Source of the DNA: Entomortierella parvispora E1425
Taxonomy: Eukaryota > Fungi > Mortierellomycota
Reading direction: 5' to 3'
Assembly (NCBI GenBank): GCA_020891255.1
Contig: BQFW01000012.1
Location: forward strand, 2,542,001-2,606,000
DNA: 64,000 nt
Shown here: positions 26,270 through 36,019 of the stretch, in pieces
Layout of the letters: each line of letters begins with the position of its first letter
Position numbering within the stretch: the stretch's first letter is position 1
Notes under the pieces: model-generated
What the model saw: only the letters and a program-made list of their open reading frames with translations
Databases searched by the model: none
What the model was told of the DNA's origin: nothing
Position numbers and translations under genes: made by a program

Positions 26270-27038
26270 AGGAATCAGCGAAAAACAGGGAGGGATAACT
26301 TTTTGAGAGCAGGGGAACAAAAAAAAAGAGAGATGAGATGGCCGAACATCATGTTTTGATCACACTCGCGCTTGAACAGGTGTCTGACGCGCTCGTGCAC
26401 GCGCAGCTACAGGCGAAACCGCGTCAACCCCACCTTACTATCGTGTTCCTCACCCGCTGACTTGCCCCAGGGACAAGCAGGGAATTGTGTTGGTGAAGCC
26501 CTAGGAGAGCTGCAGTCAACAAAGTCGGATGAACGAGGGTGGAGCAAAGGGATCATTACGATATAGGAGATCCCTTCCCTTCGATCAGCACAGGCAAATA
26601 GATTGGGGGATAGCTCCCCATGAATGTGGCCATAGAGTATCGAACCGTAAAAATCTGACTAAGGCGCGCCCCACATAGAACCACGATCGACGGATGATCG
26701 AAACAAGCTACCGAACCCTCAACTCCCCAACGGCTGGTCGATCCACGTCTAGTGACAGCAACAGAATTCTTGCTCTTGCGCCGTCCAGGGCCGAATGTAG
26801 TCAGCAGCAAACAGAATAAACGTCCTGACCTGCAGACCCGCAACAGTCTTCATCAGCTCTGGACCCCAGGACGGTTATTGTCGTCGCTGTTGTTGTTGTC
26901 ATCTTTTTTTTTGTGAGCACTTTCCCTTTTTCCTTTGTTGGACATGGCTGACATTTGAGGCACAGCCAGGGGACGATATAAAAGTTTGCTCTGTTCCTTT
27001 TCAGCTTTGGCTTCCACCTCGTTCCTTATATCCTCATT
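26270..27038 (+). repeat. Duplicated ~0.8 kb spacer/promoter, copy A
   Basis: Collinear with 31475-32332 (ggagggataact, ctgacgcgctcgtgcacgcgcag, cagggacaagcag, gatcattacgatat, ccccaggacggtt, ttggacatggctgacattt). Confidence 0.85.
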
Positions 27039-27461
27039 ATGACATCCTGCACCGTCCCCCTGACACTGGTCACGATTCCCACGGAGGTCTTGGGGGCAAT
27101 TGTGGCATACATCAGTCAGACTTCTCTTTGCCAATGTGTCCTCGTTTCTCGAGAATGGAACAGGGTTCTGACCCCTTTCCTCTGGCGAAACATCACCATC
27201 CATTCCCGCAAACAAGCCGATATTTTCTCCAAGGATGAAACCCAGCAGGCGTTCAACAGGAGTGCGTCATTTGTCCGTGTACTACATCTCGTCCACAAAT
27301 CGATGTATGAACAGTTTCTCCCAACGCAGGATATTGTCTCTTCAGATCCTGGCGTGAGCGACTGCCCACCCACCAACCCTCGTGGAGATGAGACGAGTGT
27401 GTCCCCTGTCCTCACTCAAGAAACAACAAATAAAAACAAAGGGGCTTGGCACATGCAATAG
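27039..27461 (+). pseudogene. Internally deleted F-box/LRR copy giving an F-box-only 140 aa ORF
   Basis: Intact promoter and F-box; after ~codon 108 the sequence jumps to the family 3' end (acccaccaaccctcgtggagatga = THQPSWR* in a shifted frame, TGA at 27389-27391). Confidence 0.8.
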
Positions 27462-27777
27462 TAAAGGCCAAGGGAAGAGAACGAAGATTGAATGATGTTT
27501 ATTGTATTGATACTAAAGGTTGGCTTTGCTGTGAGTGAAGGCGCTGCACGGTCAGTCTGATTTGACTGTTGCACGAGGTCTATTTGTTTGCAGCACAGCA
27601 CCATCGAATTGGCAATGGTCACCCTGCAAAAGTAAAAAAGAAATAAGCATGAGCATCGCTTCCCCCTGGCACTTTGTCGTGGATTCTAGGCGAAGCTTGT
27701 GACGAGGCGCAGTTGGCCCGTCGTATAAAAACCTGCCCTCTTGCCGTTTCAAGGCTGGAAATCGACCTTGCCTCAAA

Positions 27778-29403
27778 ATGATTGTTTCCACCCCTCCCCC
27801 GACCCTGGTCACAATTCCCACGGAGACCCTCGAGACAATCTTGCAGTATCTCAGCCAAAGCGATCTTTGTCAATGTGTCCTCATCTGTCGAGAGTGGAAC
27901 AGGACTCTGATACCCTACCTCTGGAGCACCTTTTCAGTCTGTTCACTCGAGCAAGCCCGCCGATTTGGGGATGAGGCTCTACGGGCACTGAAAATGAATG
28001 CGTCGCTTGTCCGTGAGCTGCATCTTGGCCACAGATTGTTATACGAGCGCTGTCTTCCTTGGGAGACTATCCATTCCAATCTTGGAGAAGGCGAGGATCT
28101 GGTCAGCAAAAGAGATTCCCTTGTCAATCTCACTCGCCTGCACACTCTGGAGTTGAGAAACATCGACTATCCGGTCAATAGGTTCGATGCCAGAATTACT
28201 GCCCTGGTCCGTCAAAACCCCTCCATCCAGTGCTTCAAGATCAGTACGCAGATGGATGCGAGTGCTTTGACGCAGCTAGTGACAAGGTACATGCCAAATC
28301 TGGAGGACTTTGAAATGGACACAATGTTTCGAGGGGATGTCAAAGAGCTCCTTGAGAACCTCCCCGAGAAAGTCCGTACAGTAAATCTGAGAATGGTCGA
28401 GCACTTGACGTCGCCGCCGACCTCGGGACCAGATGATACGAAAGCGATGGCAAGGAAAGTGCGCTCTCACCATGCCCTCGAGTCTCTCACCTTCTCTGGA
28501 TTGCACAATGGGCAGGAGGAGGATGTTTTGGTCAAGTTCCTGGAGAGCTGCAGCCCCAAGCTAAAGATATGCAGTGGCAGGGGATGCAACTTGTACACTG
28601 GAAACAAGGCCGTTGCCAAAGCTCTGTCGAGTATTGGTTTTGTTTGGACAGTGCTACGCAAGCATGAACTTTCCTACTATATATCGGACAATGGTTTCGC
28701 CGATATCATCGCCAACAATCCTTTGACTTCTATTGAAGTGTACACGCACTGTTTGGGATCCATGTCGGTCAAAACACTTGTAGAGAACTGCGACAATCTC
28801 ACGGTACTCAATGTCATGGAAGATGGGGCCACAGCACTCACAGGCGCACACATGCAGACTATCTTGTCGAGGGCCAAGAATCTGAAATCCTTACAGGTCC
28901 ATTGGCTCCTGGATGCCCTAAAGATAAGTACGGAAGACATTCTGACGTCCGAGTGGGCGACTACCTCCTTGGAGCACATTGATTTCAAGATTGATGTCCC
29001 ACGCGTCCATGGTCAGATAGCCGATAAGGATGACCGAGCGGAGGAGATTCAGAGCTCTCGAGACGTCCAGCGACAGCTTCTCCGGCGGCTGGGACAACAA
29101 AAAAACCTCAAGAGGCTGATGATCGGTGGTATGGTTACGGGGCATGGATCAAGGCATTACGAGCACCAACACAATTGCCTAGAGTTTACATTGGAGGCGG
29201 GATTGGACGAGTTGAAAGATCTCAAGAAACTCGAGCTCTTGGACATTCATCATATGGATCACCGTGCTGGGGTGCCAGAGCTTGAGTGGATGGTCAAGAA
29301 TTGGCCTCGACTCAGCCATGTTAGAGGGATTCTAGACTGTCTTCACCCTCCTGGCGACACAGTTCAGGTTTGGATGGAAACACGCCGTCCCTCGTGGAAA
29401 TGA
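27778..29403 (+). CDS. F-box/LRR protein, array copy, intact, 541 aa
   Basis: F-box IPTETLETILQYLSQSDLCQCVLICREWNRTLIPYLW, LRRs and conserved C-terminal block. Confidence 0.9.
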   Translation: MIVSTPPPTLVTIPTETLETILQYLSQSDLCQCVLICREWNRTLIPYLWSTFSVCSLEQARRFGDEALRALKMNASLVRELHLGHRLLYERCLPWETIHSNLGEGEDLVSKRDSLVNLTRLHTLELRNIDYPVNRFDARITALVRQNPSIQCFKISTQMDASALTQLVTRYMPNLEDFEMDTMFRGDVKELLENLPEKVRTVNLRMVEHLTSPPTSGPDDTKAMARKVRSHHALESLTFSGLHNGQEEDVLVKFLESCSPKLKICSGRGCNLYTGNKAVAKALSSIGFVWTVLRKHELSYYISDNGFADIIANNPLTSIEVYTHCLGSMSVKTLVENCDNLTVLNVMEDGATALTGAHMQTILSRAKNLKSLQVHWLLDALKISTEDILTSEWATTSLEHIDFKIDVPRVHGQIADKDDRAEEIQSSRDVQRQLLRRLGQQKNLKRLMIGGMVTGHGSRHYEHQHNCLEFTLEAGLDELKDLKKLELLDIHHMDHRAGVPELEWMVKNWPRLSHVRGILDCLHPPGDTVQVWMETRRPSWK

Positions 29404-29600
29404 GTCAGATATGATTCTTCTCCTCTCTCATGAACAACAAATAAAAATAAAGTGGGCCAGGTACAGCAACATCAAATTATTGGCAATGAGCTCTCAAAAA
29501 GAAAAAAAAAAGGCTCCCCCTGGCGCTTTGATATGGAGGCGCAGTTGACCCACCATATAAAGACCTTCCCTCTTGCCGCAAGGCTCGACCTTGCCTCAAA

Positions 29601-31229
29601 ATGAATATTCCCACCGCTCTCCCGACCCTGGTCACAATTCCCACGGAGACCCTGGAGACAATCTTGCCGTATCTCAACCAGGGCGATCTTTATCATTGTG
29701 TTCTCACCTGTCGAGAGTGGAACAGGACCCTGATACCCTACCTCTGGCGCACTTTATCAGTCTGTTCAAGCGCGCGTGCTAGTCGATTTGGGGAAGATGC
29801 TCTACGGGCACTGAAAATGAATGGATCGCTTATCCGTGAGCTGCATCTTGGCCACAGATTGTTATACGAGCGCTGTCTTCCGTGGGAGCCTGTCGATTCC
29901 AATCTTTGGGTAGGCGAGGCCTTGATCAACAAGAGAGGTTCCCTTGTCAATCTCACTCGCCTGCACACTCTGGAGCTGAAAAGCTTCCACCATTTCGTCT
30001 ACGGGTTCTTTCATGCTAGAGTTACTGCCCTGGTCCGTCAAAACCCTTCTATCCAATGCTTCAAGATCAGTAGGAAGATGGATGCGAGTGCTTTGATGCA
30101 GCTAGTGATACAGTACATGCCAAATCTGGAGGACCTTGAAATAGACACTGTGTTTCGAGGGGATGTCAAAGAGCTCCTTGAGAACCTCCCCGAGAAAGTC
30201 CGTACAGTAAAACTGAGAACGGTCGAGCACTTGACGTCGCCGGCGACCTCGGGACCAGATGATACGAAAGCGATGGCAAGGAAAGTGCGCTCTCACCATG
30301 CCCTCGAGTCTCTCACCCTCTCTGGATTGCTCAGTGGGCGGGAAGAGGATGTTTTGGTCAAGTTCCTGGAGAGCTGCAGCCCCAAGCTAAAGATATTCGA
30401 TGGCATGGGATGCTTCTGGTGCACTGGAAACAAGGCCGTTGCCAAAGCTCTGTCCAGTATTGGTTTTGTTTGGACAGTGCTACGCTGGAACGAACATCCT
30501 TATAATATAGCGGACGAAGATGTCGCCAAGGTCATCGCCAACAAGTCCTGGACTGTTATTGAAGTGTTCGCAAAGAAGTTGAGATACATGGCGGTCCAAG
30601 CGCTTGTAGAGAACTGCGACAATCTCACGGTACTCAATGTCATGGAACATGGCTATACAGCATTCACAGGTGCACACATGCAGACCATCTTGTCGAGGGC
30701 CAAGAATCTGAAATCCTTACAGGTCCATTGGCTCCGGGGTACCCTCAAGATAAGTACAGAAGATATTCTGATGTCCGAGTGGGCGACTACCTCCTTGGAG
30801 CACATTGATTTCAAAATTGATGTCCCACGCGTCCATGGTCAGATAGCCGATAAGGATGACCTAGCGGAGGAGATTCAGAGCTCTCGAGACATCCAGCGAC
30901 AGCTTCTCCGGCGGCTGGGACAACAAAAAAACCTCAAGAGGCTGATGATCGGTGGCAAGATTACGGGGACAAGATCAAGGCATCTCAAGCACCAACGCAA
31001 TTGCCTAGAGTTTACATTGGAGGCGGGTCTGGACGAGTTGAAAGATCTCAAGAAACTCGAGCTCTTGGATATTCACCACATGGATCACCGTGCCGGGGTG
31101 CCAGAGCTTGAGTGGATGGTCAAGAATTGGCCTCGACTCAGCCATATTAGAGGGATTCTAGACTGCCTTTACCCTCCTGGCGACAAAGTTCAGGTTTGGA
31201 TGGAAACACGCCGTCCCTCATGGAGATGA
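29601..31229 (+). CDS. F-box/LRR protein, array copy, intact, 542 aa; recent duplicate of the 27778 copy
   Basis: Same architecture; long identical DNA runs shared with 27778-29403. Confidence 0.9.
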   Translation: MNIPTALPTLVTIPTETLETILPYLNQGDLYHCVLTCREWNRTLIPYLWRTLSVCSSARASRFGEDALRALKMNGSLIRELHLGHRLLYERCLPWEPVDSNLWVGEALINKRGSLVNLTRLHTLELKSFHHFVYGFFHARVTALVRQNPSIQCFKISRKMDASALMQLVIQYMPNLEDLEIDTVFRGDVKELLENLPEKVRTVKLRTVEHLTSPATSGPDDTKAMARKVRSHHALESLTLSGLLSGREEDVLVKFLESCSPKLKIFDGMGCFWCTGNKAVAKALSSIGFVWTVLRWNEHPYNIADEDVAKVIANKSWTVIEVFAKKLRYMAVQALVENCDNLTVLNVMEHGYTAFTGAHMQTILSRAKNLKSLQVHWLRGTLKISTEDILMSEWATTSLEHIDFKIDVPRVHGQIADKDDLAEEIQSSRDIQRQLLRRLGQQKNLKRLMIGGKITGTRSRHLKHQRNCLEFTLEAGLDELKDLKKLELLDIHHMDHRAGVPELEWMVKNWPRLSHIRGILDCLYPPGDKVQVWMETRRPSWR

Positions 31230-31377
31230 GTTGGATGTGATTCTTCTCCTCGCTCATGAACAACAAATAAAAATAAAGTGGGCCAGGCACAGCCAAAAAA
31301 AAAAAAAAAAAAAAAAAAAAAAGACAAGGGCGTCGCTCTCCGTCTCTTTGACTTGGCCTTCAGACAAAGTTTGTGAC

Positions 31378-31441
31378 GAGGCGCGGTTGGCCCACTGTAT
31401 AAAAACCTGCCCTTGCCGTTCCAAGGCTGGCAATCGACCTC
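31378..31441 (+). promoter_or_regulatory. Orphan F-box array promoter with no downstream ORF
   Basis: GAGGCGCGGTT at 31378, TATAAAA at 31398, and a leader matching 27730-27766 that breaks off just before the expected ctcaaaATG. Confidence 0.7.
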
Positions 31442-31474
31442 TAGGAAGTGCCGACTTTCAAGGTAGGAACAGGG

Positions 31475-32332
31475 AATCAGAACGGACAGAGAAAAATAGA
31501 CTGGAGGGATAACTTCTTGAGAGCAGGGGGGACAAAAAAAAGTTGGCCGCCAAACATCAAGGGGGACGGATGCCGGATCGTCAAGAGATGTTTTTTTGAT
31601 CTCACACGCGTTTGAACAGGTTGCTGACGCGCTCGTGCACGCGCAGGTACAGTATGAACTGAACCCATTCAAGGGCCGACCTCACCTCGCCCTTGAGCTC
31701 CTCACCCTTGCTCCAGGGACAAGCAGAGGAGGTATTGGTCGGGTCCAGGAAAGCCCATGTCAAAATTGGATGCTCAAGAGCGTAGGAGCAGAGCGATCAT
31801 TACGATATGGAAGATCCCTTCCCCCATTCAGCACAGGCAACGGATCGAGGGATTATCTCCCCGTGGATAGGGTGATAGAGTATCTGAGCAAGGTGCATCT
31901 CAGATAGAACCACGGTCGAGGCAGTGCCTGCCTCATATCTTCGAAGGGGCGTTGATCGAAGCTGTTTTAGCACAAGAAGCGGCCGAGTATCGAACCCATT
32001 CCTGCAATGGTTCAACTCCTTAATGGTTCGTCGATCCACATCCAGTGGCAGTAAAGGAACTCGAGCTATCGAGCCGTCCAAGGCCGACTGTGGTCGGCTG
32101 CAAACAGAATAAATGTCCCGACCAGCAACGGTCTGATTAGCTCTGGGCCCCAGGACGGTTGATGTCGTCGCTGTGTTGTTGTTGTCATCGTTTTTTTTGT
32201 GAGCACTTTCCCTGTTTCCTTTATTGGACATGGCTGACATTTTAGAGCGAGGAGGCACAGCCAAGGACACTATAAAGGTTTGCTCTGTTCCTTTTCAGCT
32301 TTGGCTTCCACCTCTTTCCTCATATCCTCATA
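31475..32332 (+). repeat. Duplicated spacer/promoter, copy B
   Basis: Collinear with 26270-27038. Confidence 0.85.
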
Positions 32333-33994
32333 ATGACATCCTGTACCCCCCCCCCCCTGACACTGGTCACGATTCCCACGGAGGTATTGGGGGCAATTGT
32401 GGCATACATCAGTCAGACTGCTCTTTGCCAATGTGTCCTCGTTTCTCGAGAATGGAACAGGGCTCTGACCCCTTCCCTCTGGCGGACCATCACCATCCGT
32501 TCAAGCAAGTCAGTCGATATTTTCTCCAAGGATGAGGTCCACCAGGCGTTCAACAGGAATGCTTCGTTTGTCCGTGTGCTACATCTCATCCACAGATCGA
32601 TGTATAAACAGTTTCTCCCAACGCTGGACGTCATCTCTTCGAATCCTGACGTGGGCGAATTCAGGATCTACAGAACAGGACTCCTCTCCAACTTGCACAC
32701 ATTGGAGTTGTACTATATCAATATCCAGCCGGACGAGAAAACCTTGCTCGAAGAGAGAATCTTTACCTTGGTCCGTCAAAACCCCTTGATCAAATGCTTC
32801 AAGATCAGACTGACCATAGACTACACCGCGTTGGTACAACTAGTAACCGAGTACATGCCAAACCTGGAGGACCTTGATCTGGACATGCGGTGGCAAGGAA
32901 ACCTGAAAGGGTTTCTTGAAAATCTTCCCGAGAGTATTCGCAAGGTGCGATTGAAAAGCGTCCTTCACGTGGTACCGGAACCGCAGGCCCAACACCCAAC
33001 AATGGATGTCGCAAGCCAAATGGCAAGGCAGGTGCGCTCCCATGGCGCCCTCGAGTCTTTTATTATCTCAGAGACGATTAAGGAACGGAAAGAGGAAGTT
33101 TTTGTCCGGTTTCTGGAAAGTTGCAGCTCCAAGCTGAGGGTATTCAAGGGCCTCGGACCAGTGTGGTGCCTCGAAAACAAAGCCATTACTCAAGCACTGT
33201 CGAGCATTGGTTTCGTTTGGACAGAGTTGCGCAGGCATGAGATTCCGTATACCACATCGGACGAGGATATAGCTAGGATCATTACCAGCAGTCCCTGGGC
33301 TGTGATGGATCTGTTCACGTACCATTTGAGATCCATGGCTACCAGGGCGCTTGTCGAGAACTGCGATAATCTCACATCACTCACCATTGTAAAACCTGAA
33401 GATGGCGATCTGGAACACACCTATGCATTCACAGGCACGACCATGCAGACCGTCCTGTCCAAGACCAAGCATCTGAAATCCCTCTATGTCTACAGTCACC
33501 TCAAACCCTACAGGATGATCGCAGAGGACATTCTCACGTCCGAGTGGGCAACCACCACTTTGGAGCACCTTGTTGTCAAGATTGGTGTCCCACGCGTCTA
33601 TGAACATATAACGGATGAGGACGAAGGGGCGGTAGACATTCAGAGATCAAGGGAAATCCAACGGCTGTTTCTCCGTCGCCTGGGACAGCAAAAACACCTC
33701 AAGGTCTTAGGGATTGGCGGTAGGGTTATATCGGACAGTACAGGAAAGTACGAGCACCAACGCGACTGCCTTGAGTTTTCACTGGAGGCGGGACTGGACG
33801 AGTTGAAAGACCTCAAGAACCTTGAACTGATAGATATTCAACATATGGACCACCGTGTTGGAGTACCGGAGCTTGAGTGGATGACCAAGAATTGGCCCAG
33901 CATCGGCCATGTTATAGGGGTTCTAGACTGTCTTTACCCTCCTGGCGACACAGTTCAGGGTTGGATAGAAACACACTATCCCTCGTGGAGATGA
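32333..33994 (+). CDS. F-box/LRR protein, array copy, intact, 553 aa (apparent chimera)
   Basis: Body resembles the 20782 and 27039 copies; final ~20 codons and 3'UTR resemble the 27778/29601 copies. Confidence 0.9.
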   Translation: MTSCTPPPLTLVTIPTEVLGAIVAYISQTALCQCVLVSREWNRALTPSLWRTITIRSSKSVDIFSKDEVHQAFNRNASFVRVLHLIHRSMYKQFLPTLDVISSNPDVGEFRIYRTGLLSNLHTLELYYINIQPDEKTLLEERIFTLVRQNPLIKCFKIRLTIDYTALVQLVTEYMPNLEDLDLDMRWQGNLKGFLENLPESIRKVRLKSVLHVVPEPQAQHPTMDVASQMARQVRSHGALESFIISETIKERKEEVFVRFLESCSSKLRVFKGLGPVWCLENKAITQALSSIGFVWTELRRHEIPYTTSDEDIARIITSSPWAVMDLFTYHLRSMATRALVENCDNLTSLTIVKPEDGDLEHTYAFTGTTMQTVLSKTKHLKSLYVYSHLKPYRMIAEDILTSEWATTTLEHLVVKIGVPRVYEHITDEDEGAVDIQRSREIQRLFLRRLGQQKHLKVLGIGGRVISDSTGKYEHQRDCLEFSLEAGLDELKDLKNLELIDIQHMDHRVGVPELEWMTKNWPSIGHVIGVLDCLYPPGDTVQGWIETHYPSWR

Positions 33995-34203
33995 GATGGA
34001 TGTGATTCCTCTCCTCGCTCATGAACAACAAATAAAAATGAAATGGGCCAGGCACAGCCACAAAAAAAAAATTGACGAGGGCATCGCTCCCCCTGTCTCT
34101 TTGACATGGATTTCAGGCAACCTTGTGAAGAGGCGCAGTTGGCCCACCGTATAAAAACGTGCCCTCTTACCGTTTCAAGGCAGTCAATCGACGTTTCCTC
34201 AAA

Positions 34204-35855
34204 ATGATTGTTTCCACCCCTCCTCCGACCCTGGTCACAATTCCCACGGAGGCCCTCGAGACAATCTTGCAGTATCTCAGCCAAAGCGATCTTTGTCAAT
34301 GTGTCATCACCTGTCGAGAGTGGAACAGGGCTCTGACACCCTACCTCTGGCGCACTTTTTCAGTCTGTTCACTCGAGCATGTCAGACGATTTGGAGATGA
34401 AGCTGTACAGGCACTGAAGTTGAATGCGTCGCTTGTCCGTGAGCTGCATCTTGGCCACAGATTGTTAGACGACTGCTGTCTTCCGCGGGTCAAGACTTTC
34501 GATTCCAATCCTGGGATAGGCGAGGTCCTGATAAGCAAGAGAGATTCCCCTGTCAATCTCACTCGCTTGCACAGTCTGGAGTTGGAACACAGGCGCTATT
34601 CGGACAACAGATTCTATGCTAAAATCATTGCAAGAGTCATTGCCTTGGCCCGACAACACCCTTTCCTCAAACGCTTCAAGATCAGTACTCAGATGGATGC
34701 TGGTGCTGTGGTGCTGTGACACAGCTAGTGACACAGCACATGCCAAATCTGGGGGGACTTTGAAATAGATACAATTTTTGAAGGAGATGTCAAAAGGCTC
34801 CTTGAGAACCTGCCCAAGAAAATTCGTACTGTAAAACTGACAACTGTTAATCACTCTGGGTTACAGCCGTCACCACAGGGCTTGAGACCAGATGACAGGG
34901 AAGCAATGGAAAGGAAAGTGTGCCCCCATCATGCCCTCGAGTCTCTGGCCCTCTCTGGATTGCTCAATGGGCGGGAGGAGGATGTTCTGATCAAGTTCTT
35001 GGAGAGCTGCAGCCCCAAGTTAAAGACATTCGATGGCATGGGATTCATCTGGTGCGCGAGAATCAAAGCCATTGCCCAAGCTCTCTCAAGTATTGGCTTT
35101 TCTTGGACAGAGATACGCCGGGAAGCATTGTCGCACGAGGTGTCCGACAGCGATATCGCTATGATCATCACCAATCATCCATTGACCGCCATTGGAGTGT
35201 ACACTAGTATGCTGGGATCTTTGGCTGTTAAAGCACTGGTGGAGAACTGCGACAATCTGACGATACTCAATGTCATGGAACATGGCGATACAGCACTCAC
35301 AGGTGCACACATGCAGACCATCCTATCAAGAGCCAAGAATCTGAAATCTTTACAGGTCCACTGGCTCCTGAGTGCCGAAAAGATAAGTACAAGAGACATT
35401 TTCATGTCCAAGTGGGCGACTACCTCCTTGGAGCACATAGATTTCAAGATTGATGTCCCACGCGTCCATGGCCATCAGATAACCGATAAGGATGATCGAG
35501 TGGAAGAGAATCAGGGCTCTCGAGACATTCAGCGACGGCTTCTCCGGCGCCTGGGACAACAAAAAAACCTCAAGAGGCTGATAGTCGGCGGTATGGTTAC
35601 GGGGCATGGATCAGGACGAGCATCAACAGCAATTGCCTAGAGTTTACATTGGAGGCAGGACTGGACGAGTTGAAAGATCTCAAGAAACTCGAGCTCTTGG
35701 ATATTCACCACATGGATCACGGTGTTGGAGTACCAGAGCTCGAGTGGATGATCAAGAATTGGCCTCGACTCAGACAGATTAAAGGAATTATGGACAGTCT
35801 TCGCCCGCCGAGCTACAAAGTGATGACCGGGATGGTCTCCCATCGACGCCCATGA
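34204..35855 (+). pseudogene. F-box/LRR pseudogene (27778-type)
   Basis: 8-nt tandem duplication ggtgctgt at ~34705-34720 creates TGA at 34717-34719; +1 G at ~34755; net -4 shift at ~35612-35630. Confidence 0.85.
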
Positions 35856-36019
35856 ACAAATAAAAATCGGCTTTTTTTTTTTTTTTTTTCTTTTTGTGAG
35901 CTCTCTCCTCCATCATTTGGACATGACAGGCATTCGACGGTGAGGAGGCGCGGTGATAGCACAAGCACAGTATAAAAGACCGCTCTGCCCCTGCTTGTCT
36001 TTCATCTCTTTTCCTCGAA

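Larger units (their letters stand above)
16773..35955 (+). promoter_or_regulatory. Recurrent promoter motif GAGGCRYRG(T/C) upstream of array units
   Basis: Seen at 16773, 20703, 23221, 25186, 26957, 27704, 29536, 31378, 32252, 34130 and 35945, each shortly before a TATA or AATAAA box. Confidence 0.7.
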
